Source: Octopus vulgaris (lineage: Eukaryota). Taken from it: 64,000 bases of DNA. Made by a program: the position numbers and the translations under genes. Under the pieces are notes generated by a model. The model was not told the DNA's origin. It did not search any database and worked only from the letters and a program-made list of their open reading frames with translations. Below are positions 10,158 through 23,200 of the stretch, piece after piece. Positions within the stretch are counted from its first letter, which is position 1; the number at the start of each line of letters is the position of its first letter. Location of the stretch: contig OX597814.1 in NCBI GenBank assembly GCA_951406725.2, forward strand, positions 4,402,001-4,466,000, written 5' to 3'.

Positions 10158-12825
10158 TATATATATATATATGTGTGTGTGTATGTATTCAATATGCAAA
10201 AAAGGGTGGAATATAATTAATTTAATAAAATTAATAAATTTCACCAAGTAGATTTATCGGTATGGAAAAGACCATATTTGGTAAGGTTTATTATAATTAA
10301 GGGTTAATTGCAACAAGTTGCTCAAAACCACATACCGAAAATATTAGAAATAGCAGCCAAATCGATCACTATTTCTCCTACTAATAAAGTCTCCACAAAC
10401 AAACAGAATTTGTAACCTGTATATGGCAAAAAGGGAAGAAAATAACGAAATCCCTAACCTATTAAAACAATAAAAGCATGAAAAGTCAACACAGGATACT
10501 TGATTTGGGGGTGACGGAAATAGCAGTTTCACCTGTCTTAAAAAAAGTGGGAGAGAACTCACCAATTGTAGGACGGTTGAATTGCAATTTATAAGAGGTA
10601 TCAGGTGAGAATAACTGAAAAGGTTTCTTCATCTATTTAATAGAAAACAGGTAATGTATGAACCCCAATTTATGGAGTTGAAACATGAAAGGGGCTGATA
10701 CAAGGATCTCTGGGATAGAAGTTTTGTATGACGAGGGTTAGTATAAGTGGCTGAGTACTCCACAGACACGTGTACCCTTAACATAGTTCTCATGTGACAA
10801 GGCTGGACTCTTTGAAATACAGGTACAACAGGAAGAAAGAGTAGAGCAGGGTTTTCCACCACCCCTTCCATCCTCGTGGATCGTTCAGGTATTGTCACTC
10901 AATAAATACTCACAGCGCCCAGTCTGGGAATTGAAACCGCAAGTCCACGACCCTAACCGCTGGGCCAATGCAGCTCCACGTATGACTAAGTAATAAAGGG
11001 AAGATGGAAGACGTCTTTGGTTGCCCAGCTTTTTTTTGGCACGCTGTGCAGGTGGCATGTGAAAAGCACCCACTACATTCGCGGAGTGGTTGGCGTTAGG
11101 AAGGGCATCCAGCTGTAGAAACACTGCCAGATCAGACTGGAGCCTAGTGCAGCCTTCTGGCTTCCCAGACCCCGGTCGAACCGTCCAACCCATGCTAGCT
11201 CGGGAAACGGACGTTAAACGATGATGATGATGATAATGATTGTCAGTAGCACTTCTGACTTTCCATTCATGACCTCTCAGATGACGACTATTCAGTCCCA
11301 TTGCAGATTTGCCTTGTTCAAAGCGAAGTCGTTAGGTCTACCTACGTCATAACACTTTCAGTAGATGGAATGAGAAAAGATGTCACCATAAAGAGACATC
11401 TGTGCCTCATTGGATTACAAGGAAAGACTCTTGTACAACACGAGGGCCACTCTCTAAGTCTTTGTGATTAGTACCGAGTGATGGACCGAAACAAAATGGC
11501 CTGTGTGAAAGCACAGGTTTACATCAGTGTCCCTCTGCCAGTACGATGCCATGACAAGTTGTTTTACTGCAGACTGACACATTCCAGGTTCAAATCCTGC
11601 CCAGGCCAACTTGGCCTTTCATTTCTTAAGGGGCAGAGTAGATGTGTGCGTGTGTGAGAGAGGCTGTTTAATTTGATACCAGTAATATACTGGATTCACG
11701 TTTTCTCCCAAATCATTATCTAGGCATTGATAAACTAGGTATCTGTTAATCTCACTATGCCAGTGCAGCCTTGACTGATGTCCGTACTGGTGGCACGTAC
11801 AAAGCACCAACCGATCGTGGCCACTGCCACCCTCCTTTGGCCCCTGTGCTGGTGGCACGTAAAAAGCACCCACTACACTCTCTGAGTGGTTGGCATTAGG
11901 AAGGGCATCCAGCTGTAGAAACACTGCCTGATCAGACTGGTGCCTGGTGCAGCCTCCTGGCTTCCCAGACCCCGGTCGAACCGTCCAACCCGTGCTAGCA
12001 TGGAAAACGGACGTTAAACAACGAAGATGATGATGACACCACCCAAGGGTAATTTTTTACATCCCTGTGCTCAGTGATCACGTGCCGGGACCCTGACCAG
12101 TGCTACGGCTCTGGGACAGTGTAGACCTAGAACAATAGTGGCCAAGAGGTGGGTCCACATTCTTGAAAATCCTGAGATTTTTGAACCAAAGCCCCATTAC
12201 CAGATGCCGTCGGAAGTCATAGATGGACATACATACAAAAAATATAATGAGTGGATGTGTTTGGGGAGGTTGTTATGGAAACAAGATATTTATAAAATAG
12301 CCTACTTAGAGTCAAAAATTCAGAAAGTTTGTAGAACGAATAACTTGTTTGGAAGATGCTTTGTGGAACCTAAATGGTGTTTGGTTAATCCAGGTGAAAT
12401 GAGAATATTTACTGCTATAAAACGGAATATAGATTTCATCTGGGAACCAAATGAAATCCTATTCATGTCTTCAAGGATTTCATGGTTTTCAAACTTTAGG
12501 TGCAGAGATCGATTTGAAATTATTGTACAAGCACCAACCGATCGTGGCCGATGCCAGACCCCTCTGGCACCTGTGCAGGTGGCACGCAAAAAGCACCCAC
12601 TACACTCGCGGAGTGGTTGGCGTTAGGAAGGGCATCCAGCTGTAGAAACACTGCCAGATCAGACTGGAGCCTGGAGCAGCCCCTGGCTCCCCAGACCCCG
12701 GTCGAGCCGTCCAACCCGTGCTAGCGCGGAAAACGGACGTTAAACGATGATGATGATGATGGCAGCAGTGGCTAACTCTAAAAAATCAGATATGGTTGAT
12801 GTGCCAAGTTGATATAAATTTATAA

Positions 12826-13310
12826 AATAATAATAATATAATTTTTGTATACAGTGCTCAGGTGCACCACAACTTGTCAGAAAGTGCATATAAAGTACAT
12901 GCAGTAATGTAAAAATGTCTGGAAAGCGAACAATGTATGAGTCAGATACATGCTTGCATGTGTATGGTGGGGAGAAAATCAGGTGTAGTGTTGGCGAATC
13001 TCAGGAAGCATGGAAGTTTTGAAGGATGCAGTGCTCCGACAACTAACAACTGATGCCGGCAGTTTGTTCCATGCTTCAGCAACTCTTAGTGTGAAAAAAT
13101 GTTTCCTGAAGTCATGGGAGCTGTGCTGTTTTCTGACTTTGTAAATATGTCCACGGGTGTTAGACGGGTGGAGTTTGAAAAGGTGCTCAGAGTTATTGTT
13201 TGTACGATGGTTGATAATTTTATGGGTGTCTGCCAAGTCAGCTGCCAGACGTTGGAGTTTCAATGTGTCCATGCCCAGGGAAGTAAGGCGTTCAGGATAT
13301 GGATCCAGAG
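12826..13310 (-). mobile_element. CR1-group LINE 3' fragment with (TTA)n tail
   Basis: YPERLTSLGMDTLKLQRLAADL...TRGHIYKV...[17 protein letters not shown]...SFK is the typical CR1/L2-group ORF2 C-terminus; 5' truncated. Confidence 0.85.
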
Positions 13311-14131
13311 AACTTGGGTGAAGATGAAAGCAAATGTTGAGACTTTCACCTGCAATCAGCATTATGAGGTAGACATAAAAAGAAGTAAGGTTCCGTGACT
13401 GATTAGCAGAAAGAAACGGTAAAGAGAAAAGAAATTATGGTAGCAACAGAGATGAAGGGAATAAACTGAGAGACAGTAGTAATTCAATAATTTAATTAAT
13501 TAAAATACTTAAAATAATAATGGTTTCAAATTTTGACACAAGGCTAGAAATTTCGGGGGGGGGGGGTAAGCTAATTGCATCGACCCCAATGCATAACTGG
13601 TACTTATTTTATCAACCCCACCACAAAGGCTGAAAGGTAAAGGTGACCTCGACAGCATTTGGACTATGCATTTTGCACAATGTGCTTAAGGATTCTGCCA
13701 GGTGGCCACCCCTTAGTAATTAAAATAATAAAATGAGTCTAAATCTAGGTTCGTTAGCCTATCTGTCTAAATACTAAAAGTATGGTAGCAACAATACTTT
13801 AATTATTTCCTAAATAAAAACTTGCATCATAAAATTAATGAAAATTTCCCAATGTAAATAAGATAAGTGACTCTCTGTACAGTCACATTTAACGGGAATG
13901 AGTCAGGTGACTCTCTGTACAATCACTGCTAACTGGAGTGAGTCCACTGCTCTGCATGGTGACATTCAAGCTGGTGCGTTTAAGGTGAAAAAAGAATTTC
14001 ATTATCAATAATTACAAGAATTTCTTTCTACAAAATATTGGAGAAAGAGCTGAATGACTTAATGGTTGAGCCAGTCATTAAGAGTGTAATGAGGAATTAA
14101 TCAGGGTCCAATTAGCTCTCTTCACCTTCGT

Positions 14132-14293
14132 TTATGAAAGAATGTGTGGTATCAGCCGAACTTTTAATTCATAATTTGGGTGACATTCTATGATGCGACA
14201 TTCCTTCAAAAGTTCCAGGTAATCAACTGAGAAACGGGAGTTGACTGTTATGTAGGTGTCGTGGGAGTGGTTCAAGCTGCGGTCAATGAGGGT
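14132..14293 (-). CDS. CENPK: CENP-K exon 10, terminal (TLIDRSL...[10 protein letters not shown])
   Basis: ctttgcag acceptor, 162 nt ending TAA; best-conserved CENP-K C-terminal motif. Confidence 0.88.
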   Translation of the reverse strand, partial: TLIDRSLNHSHDTYITVNSRFSVDYLELLKECRIIECHPNYELKVRLIPHILS

Positions 14294-17200
14294 CTGCAAA
14301 GATCAAGAAAAGGTCTCGGTCATTTCTACAGAATGAACTAACGAAAAATGGAACAATTTTATCAATTACTAGCAGTACCGCCCGGCGTTGCTCGGGTTTG
14401 TAAGGGAAATAACTATATAAGCATTTTTAGAGAGTTATAGCCAAAAAATAGCAAAAAAATGCATTAAAAATGGGAAAAAAATTATGGTAAATTTCTTTTT
14501 AAATGGTTGACTCATCGTAGACATTTTTAGAGAGTTACTTCCCTTATATAATAGCGAAAAAATGCATTAAAAATGGAAAAAAAATGATGGTAATTTTTTT
14601 TTTAAATCGTAGACATTTTTAGACAGTTACTTCCCTTATATAATAGCGAAAAAAATGCATTAAAATGGAAAAAAATGATGGTAAATTCTTTTTAAAATCG
14701 TAGACATTTTTAGAGAGTTACTTCCCTTATATAATAGCGAAAAAATGCATTAAAAATGGAAAAAAATGATGGTAAATTATTTTTTTAAATCGTAGACTCA
14801 TCGTAGACGTGCGCTAATACCCAGAAGGGCTCGATATGAATCACGACTATAAGATACTAACTGCACCGCAAAATGTGGGAGTAGTTAGGAATCTAAATCG
14901 TAGGAGACAGATACACAACTTGACTTTTATATATAAAGATTTTGGTGAGAGAGAGGAAGAGAGAAACTGACAGACAGGAAGACACTGCTTCTATGAAATA
15001 TTGAAATATTTCTGGAAAGTTTTCCATTTTTAGCCATTCCTTTCTGGTTCTCATTTGTAGCCAGAGTGCAGTGTGTATATTAACTGGGTGAAATATAGGG
15101 TGTGTGTGTGTGTATATCAATAAATAAAACAAAGTGGACATGAAATGATAATGATTGCACAAAGTTATTTGTCATGTGGCATGTTACACTCTATTATAGA
15201 TATATATAAGTAGTAGTTGTGATACCTGTGCCAGTGGCACATAAAAAGCACCATCCGAACATGGCCGGTGGCACGTTAAAAGCTCCAACCGATCGTGGCC
15301 GATGCCGGACCCCCTGGCACCTGTGCAGGTGGCACGTAAAAAGCACCCACTACACTCGCGGAGTGGTTGGCGTTAGGAAGGGCATCCAGCTGTAGAATCT
15401 CTGCCAGATCAGACTGGAGCCTGGTGCAGCCCCTGGCTTCCCAGATCCCCGGTCGAACCGTCCAACCCGTGCTAGCACAGAAAACAGACGTTAAACGATG
15501 ATGATGATGATGTGTGTGCAATGAATGGTAGTGTCCAGGTGTCGAAACCACAGTGATATCCGTTTGGCAGCTAATGATGGGGATGCAAATATATTATGCT
15601 CGATTTTGAATGTCTTATCTCTTCTGAGTTATCTTTCTTCTAAAATGCAAAGTTTGTAGATTCATTGTTTATGGGGTTTACTTACTTTGGTACTATTTGG
15701 TTTTCTTCATGAGGTAACCTAATTAGGCTTAGACAATGTTTAGATATTGGCGTCTAGTTTTGGGAGGTTCTGTGTGTGTGTGTGATGGCCACATGACTGG
15801 TAACATAATGGCTGTTTGCTAATTGTTCTGCTGTATTGTCTGTATTTTTAGTTTTCTTGCTAAAGGGGAAGAGCCATGCTCAGTGTTTGCAGATGCCCCT
15901 TGGCTGGAGAGGTTGATGTGTTGGCTAATCACCTTAAGTCTTCTGGAAGCTGACATGTGTGTGGGGAACAGAAAATATGGGTAGGGTGGGTATTGGAAAA
16001 GAGTGACGCTCTGGGGACACAAGGATTGGGAAAAAAGAAAAGGCTGCATCAGCTGGACAGCTGTATTTATTGAGTTCAAATAGAATTTATGGGTCTGGTG
16101 TTGTGTCATGAGAGAATATGACAGAGATGATAATTAGCAACATGAAATGGAAAATCTTCATCGGTACATAAATGACCATTGTCCACCTACACCAATTGTC
16201 CCCATCTTTCAAAAGTCTCTAGTACTGTCCCTCTATACCAAATGGTACCAATATTTTCATTAATGAGAGCAGTGAGCTGGCAGAATCGTTAGTATGCCAG
16301 GCAAAATGCTTAACGGTATTTCGTCTGTCGGCGAGCTAGCAGAATCGTTAGCACGTCAAGGCAGCGAGCTAGCAGAATCGTTAGCACGTCGGGCGAAATG
16401 CTTAGCGGTATTTCGTCTGCCGTTACGTTGTGAGTTCAAATTCCGTCGAGGTCGACTTTGCCTTTCATCCTTTCGGGGTCGATAAATTAAGTACCAGTTA
16501 AGCACTGGGGTCGATATAATCGACTTAATACCTATGTCTGTCCATGTTTGTCCCCTCTATGTTCAGCCCCTTGTGGGTAATAAAGAAATAGGTATTTCGT
16601 CTGTCATTACGTTCTGAGTTCAAATTCTGCCAAGGTCGACTTTGCCTTTCATCCTTTCAAGGTCGATAAATTAAGTACCAGCTACGCACTGGGGTCGATG
16701 TAAATTGACTTAATCCCTTTGTCTGTCTTTGTTTATCCCCTCCATGTTTAGACCCCTATGGGCAATAAAGAAAGAAATACCGTACTGCTTCTGGTGGACT
16801 CCCCAGTCATAAACAACAGAAGAGGATTCTGAATAACTTGCGCAGATATTCTTTATTCTTTCACTTGTTTGACTGCGACCATGCTGGAGCACCACCTGTA
16901 GTTGAGAAAATCAACCCCAGGACTTACTCTTTGTAAACATAGTACTAATTCTATAGGAATCTTTTGTGGAACCACTAAGTTATGGGGACGTATGCACACC
17001 AGCATCGGTTGTCAAGCGATGTTGATGGGCAAACATATACATATAATGATGGGCTTCTATCAGTTTCTGTCAAGCAAATCCACTGACAAGGCTTTGGTCA
17101 GCCTGAGGCTATAGGAGAAGACACTTGCCCAAGGTGCCACCCAGTGGGATTGAACCCAGAACCATGTGGTTGGTAAGCAAGCTACTTGCCACACTTGTGT

Positions 17201-20200
17201 CTATGTTTTTAGTTTTTAGTGATTGAATATTTGTGTTGTACTTTAACTCACTAACCCCCCCCCCCCCACACCTCCCACCCTCGGGCCATTAGTTTGACAT
17301 TACCTGTGCAGGTGTACAGTGAGCCACAAGTCAGACGTCCAAGTGGTCATAGGGCAACGTAAAATGAAGTGTTTTCACTCGAGAACACAACACACTGCCT
17401 GGTCCTGGGATTGAAACCTCATTGTTGTGATTATGAGTGCAACACCCTAACCACTAAGTCACGCACCCACACTGACGTCCATTTGCAATGTCCAGTACTG
17501 ACTCCCTACAGACCCCTGCAGGTCGTCCATCTGCTGCAGAATGACCAAGACTTGTCTTACCATAATTATCTTCATTAGTGAGTATGGCTCTTTGTCCTTC
17601 GTTGTGGAAAACTGCAAAAGACACAAAGAATATATCATGTTTCATGCTGAGACAAAAGATGGCAGGTTTAACCCTTTAGCATTTAAACTGGCCATATCCG
17701 GCCAAAAGTATTCTGCCTGTTTTATGTTCAAACTGGCCAGATCTGGTCTCTCACACCAACCCTACAACATCGTTTTAAAAATTAACAGCTACCTCATCAA
17801 AATCTCATAGCTACAAGATAATGCATGATTAGTTCAAAACAATGTGGATAAAAAAGGATTAATTTTGGTAGAATAATGCAAACACTAAAAGGTTAATAGA
17901 GGCACCAATTCTAAAGACTTGAAGAAAGCTAAGCCAATGTGAAAGCAGTTTTGTGGTCACTTAATCCTTTGAGCCTGTAGCACCGGTCTACCAGTGGATG
18001 GCTTATTTTTCTCTATACCTATTTCTTTACTACCCACAAGGGGCTAAACACAGACGAGACAAACGGATTAAGTCGATTACATCGATCCCAGTGCGTAACT
18101 GGTACTTAATTTATTGACCCCGAAAGGATGAAAGGCAAAGTCGACCTCGGCGGAATTTGAACTCAGAACAGCGGCAGACAAATACCTATTTCTTTACTAC
18201 CCACAAGGGGCTAAACACAGAGGGGACAAACAAGGACAGACAGATGGATTAAGTCAACCATATCGACCCCAGCGCGTAACTGGTACTTAATTTATTGACC
18301 CCGAAAGGATGAAAGGCAAAGTCGACCTCGGCGGAATTTGAACTCAGAACATAGCGGCAGACAAATACCTATTTCTTTACTACCCACAAGGGGCTAAACA
18401 CAGAAGAGACAAACAAGGACAGACAGATGGATTAAGTCAACCATATCGACCCCAGCGCGTAACTGGTACTTAATTTATTGACCCCGAAAGGATGAAAGGC
18501 AAAGTCGACTTCGGCGGAATTTGAACTCAGAACGTAGCGGCAGACGAAATACCGCTAAGCATTTCGCCCAGTGTGCTAATGATTCTGCCAGCTCACCGCC
18601 CTTAAATTTTCTCTATACCGTAGCACCGTTCTACCGGTGGAGTGCATCAAGAAGCCAGGTATATGGTCAATTAAGGTCCAGCAGGTCAGGGCTCATAGGG
18701 TTAAGCAACTAGAAATAGTAGCCAAATATCCCTCAGATCACATTCTAGAATCTTAACCCTTTTGTGCTGTGTTCCCTCCACGTGTAGTGGGAACAGCCTA
18801 AATGTAATCTCTACCAGATTCTCATTAAAGCAGTAATGAACTGCACAAAGATAAAGAAGATAAAATATATCAAAAATAGACAAGGCGCAGGAGTGGCTGT
18901 GTGGTAAGTAGCTTGTTTACCAACCACATGGTTCGGAGTTCAGTCCCACTGCGTGGCACCTTGGGCAAGTGTCTTCTACTATAGCCTCGGGCCGACCAAA
19001 GCCTTGTGAGTGGATTTGGTAGACGGAAACTGAAAGAAGCCCGTCATATATATGTATATATGTGTTTGTGTGTCTGTTTGTCCCCCTAGCATTGCTTGAC
19101 AACCAATGCTGGTGTGTTTATGTCCCCGTCACTTAGCGGTTCGGCAGAAGAGACCGATAGAATAAGTACTAGGCTTACAAAAGAATAAGTCCCGGGGTCG
19201 AGTTGCTCGATTAAAGGCAGTGCTCCAGCATGGCCACAGTCAAATGTATCTCTGACTCATTGTTAATTGTCTGCCCCGACCACATATTTGTTGTTTGCAT
19301 TTGGTTTTGATTGGAAGTAAAAAAAAAAAAAGAAAGAAAAGGGGGTGTGCAATGAAACGAGCTTGTAACGAACCCAGCACTTTTGTCTGGTAAACAAACA
19401 AGTGCCTAGACCAGTGGTTTCCAATCCTTTTGTTTAAATGAGTTTTCCCCACGGGCCCCTTTCGATATGCTTATCCTTATGTATGCATATATATACGGGG
19501 TGCATAAGATATTTGAGGACAGATTTATAATAACAGATTATAACTTTATCAAAAACTAAACCTTCTTTTCTAGGATGTTATTCAATAAAGCCACTTTCAG
19601 CTTCAACAACTGCTTCTATATGAGTTCTAAATCATCTACATGCTTGAATCAAGTGGTCCTGGTTCATTTTGGACATTAATCTGACTATGGCGGCTTTCAA
19701 CGAATCTTTGGTGTTATGGGCGTGTTCATTGACCTCTCTCTCAACAACACTCCACATGTAATAGTCCAATGGATTGAGATCTGGGGAATTAGGAGGCCAA
19801 ATGTTAGGGGTTATGTGATCATGAAAATTTTCAGCCATCCATTCCTGTGTTACTAGAGCCATGTGTGATAGTGCAGAGTCTTACTGAAACACATATGGCC
19901 TTCCATTGCATACACTGTCTATCCAGGGCTTAACAATTATTTCCAGGACCTCAATGTAGGTGGCAGAGTTAACTCTAAGGTTTTGTGGAAAGAAGTAAGG
20001 AGGCATCACATGTCCTCCATTGCTGAAAACCCCTAAAACCATGACAGTTGCAGGAAATTTTGTATGCATAACACTTGGAACTTCAGAAGGGTCTGCACAT
20101 AACCATCTGTCATTTCTTCTGGTAACTTTTAAGATCTTGATCGAAGTGTTTCTCGTTTGAGAAGAACCAAATCAAATCTTCTTCTCTGGATTTTTCAGTT

Positions 20201-23200
20201 TGTTTAAGAGCCTTTTAGATCTGATGTAGTGATTTTCTTTCGCTTTTTCTGATAAATTGACTTTTCCTCTTCATATAAGACTTATATCTGATGTCTTCAC
20301 GGACAACCTCTCTGACTGTTCCTTCATACACATGGAGATGTTTTGCAATTGATCTCATGGACTTTCTGAGATTGTAATCAATGGTCTGTGGAACCTGCTG
20401 GATAATTTCAAGTGTTCTGATGATTTCAGAGTGTTTAGAATGCTTTTTATGCTTTGATACTGGTGATATGTTTCCATCTTCAGTCTCTAGCTCTTTTACA
20501 AACTTTGAAGACAAAAGACCTGGCAACTTTTAAAACTCGAGATATTTCTAAATTGCTATGCTCACCTTTTATAACCATAATAACAGCATGCCTCTTCAAG
20601 CTGAGGGTCTGCCCTTTTTTTCATTTTCCGAAACAAAGATTACACAGAGTTAGCACCAGTGAGGTCTGCTTTGGCATGTTTTTATGTTTCTACTCTCAAC
20701 AATTTGTTTGCTTGCTTTGTGGGAAATAAGAGATCCCTTACTTGAAAGAGGGAGGTGAGGGTTAGTGACAGCAAGAACATCCAGTCGTTCCAGCCAATAT
20801 TAACACACACTGCACTAATTAAAACCGTTCAGGTTAACAAGTACTAATTAGCTAAAGTGGAATTGTAAACTGTGCAAAGTGAAAAGTAAGTCAGGCAAGA
20901 AACTTACCAATGTCGATTGGTGCACCTTAGGGAAATATTTGGAAACAAAGTTAACCTGGAAAACAGAAATAAAGAAAAACTATAGAAAAAAAAAGAGGAA
21001 CAGATTCTGCTTGAGTTTATCAAGGCTGTTCACCTGGCAACAGCCGATGCCAGCGCCGCCTTGACTGGCTTCTGTGCCATTGGCACATGACCTGCTGTGT
21101 TTGAGGAGACCTATTGAGTCAAGTACATCAATATCAAATGGAAATTGTAGTTGTGATACCAGTGCCGGTAGCACGTAAAAAGCACCGTCCGAACGTGGCT
21201 GATGCCAGCGCATCCTTGACTGGCTTCTGTGCCAGTGGCACGTAAAAAGCACCAACCAATCATGGCCACTGCCAGCCTCCCCTGGCACATAAAAAGCACC
21301 CACTACTTTCAAAGAGTGGTTGGCATTAGGAAGGGCATCCAGCTGTAGAAACACTGCCAGATCAGACTGGAACCTGGTGCAGCCTCCTGGCTTCCCAGAC
21401 CCCGGTCGAACCGTCCAACCCATGCTAGCATGGAAAACAGACGTTAAAAGATGATGATGATGATATGAGAGGAAACGTGGCTTGTCCCAAACTGGACAGA
21501 AACACCAACAAACTGACCAAACACTTACCAGGCTTTTTGATAACCACAATCGTTCTTCTTTCATCATTTCAATCTGTTGTTTGATTTCCTGAACATATCT
21601 GTCATTGTAGAATAAGAAAGGCAGAAAATTTGTAGAATCAAAGAGATTTTGGCAGGGTTTTGTGGCAGGGTGTGTTGTCTACATAACATTATTTGGCATA
21701 CATGGGTTTTTAAAACAATATGGGGGTTAATGAAAATGAAAAAAAACAAAAACAATACCTTTCTCACTGAAGCCATCCTCTTTCTCCACAGTTAGTAAAT
21801 TCTTTTCTACTCTAGGCACAAAGCCCAAAATTTGGGGGAAAGGGACCAGTCGATTAGATCAACCCCAGTACACGACTGGTACTTAATTTATTGACCCCGA
21901 AAGGATAAAAGGCAAAGTTGACCTTGGTGGAATTTGAACTGAAAACGTTAAGACAGACGAAATACTGCTAAGCATTTCGCCCAACTTGCTAACATTTCTG
22001 CAAGCTCATCACCTTGGAGTTACCAAAATATTCTTTTCTACTCTAGGCACAAGGCCTGAAATTTTGGGGGAAGGGGGGGGCAGTCGATTAGATTGACCCC
22101 AGTATGCAACTGGTACCTAATTTATCGAACCTGAAAGGATGAAAGGCATAGTCGACCTTGGCGGAAATTGAACTCAGAATATAAAGACAGATGAAACATC
22201 GCTAAGCATTTAGTCCAGCGTGCTAACGTTTCTGCCAGCTCGCCGCCTTTCCACAGTTGGTAAATCATAGAAGCACTGATGTGTAGAAATGGTTGTGTGC
22301 TTAAGAAGTTCAGTACCACTGTGCATCCCCTTGCACAAGTATCTTTCCTACAGCTGGCAGAATCGTTAGCACAATGGGTGAAATGTCTTAGCGGTATTTT
22401 GTTTGAATGGACTGAATTCAAATTCAGTCGAGGTCGGCTTTGCCTTTCATCCTTTCAGGGTTGATTAAATAAGTATCAGTTACGCACAGGAGTTGATGTA
22501 ATCGACTTAATCCCTCTGTCTGTCTTTGTTTGTCCCCTCTATGTTTGGCCCCTTGTTAGCAATAACTCCAGTGCATAACTGATACTTATTTAATCAACCC
22601 CGAAAGGATGAAAGGCAAAGCCGACCTCGACTGAATTTGAACTCAGAACGTAACGGCAAACAAAATACCACTAAGACATTTCACCCATTGTGCTAACGAT
22701 TCTGCCAGCTCACTGCCCTATTGTAGAAACATTGCCAAATCAGACTGGAGCCTGGTGTAGCCTCCTGGCTTACCAGTCCCCAGTCAAACCGTCCAACCCA
22801 TGGAAAACGGACATTAAGTCATTGGAACCAGTACCACGGGCTAACCAAAGCCACAGCAGTGGATCTGGTAGGCAGAAAGTGAAAGGTGGCCCCTGTAGGT
22901 GTGTATCTATCTATGGACATGACTGGCGCTCCGTCGGTTATGACGAGGAGGGTTCCAGTTGATCCGATCAACAGAACAGCCAGCTCATGAAACTAATGTG
23001 CAAGTGGCTGAGCGCTCCACAGACACACGTATTCTTAATGTGGTTCTTAGGAAGATTCAAAGTGACACAGAATGTGACAAGGTCGACCCTTCGAAATACA
23101 GGTTCTACATATTCTTGCCAGCTGAATGGACTGGGAATTGAACCAACAACCTTATGATCACGAGCTAAATACCCCTAACCATTAAGCCACACACCTATCT

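Noticed and set aside
12138-12626. 162-aa plus-strand ORF
   Set aside because: No recognisable domain or splice support; last third is a Family A repeat
14893-15162. Candidate extra CENP-K exon
   Set aside because: Phase-0 reading from the available acceptor hits a stop; exon 9 joins exon 10 cleanly
18783-18842. Strong minus-strand acceptor (tttgtgcag) as a CENP-K exon
   Set aside because: No frame-preserving donor and no gap in the protein model
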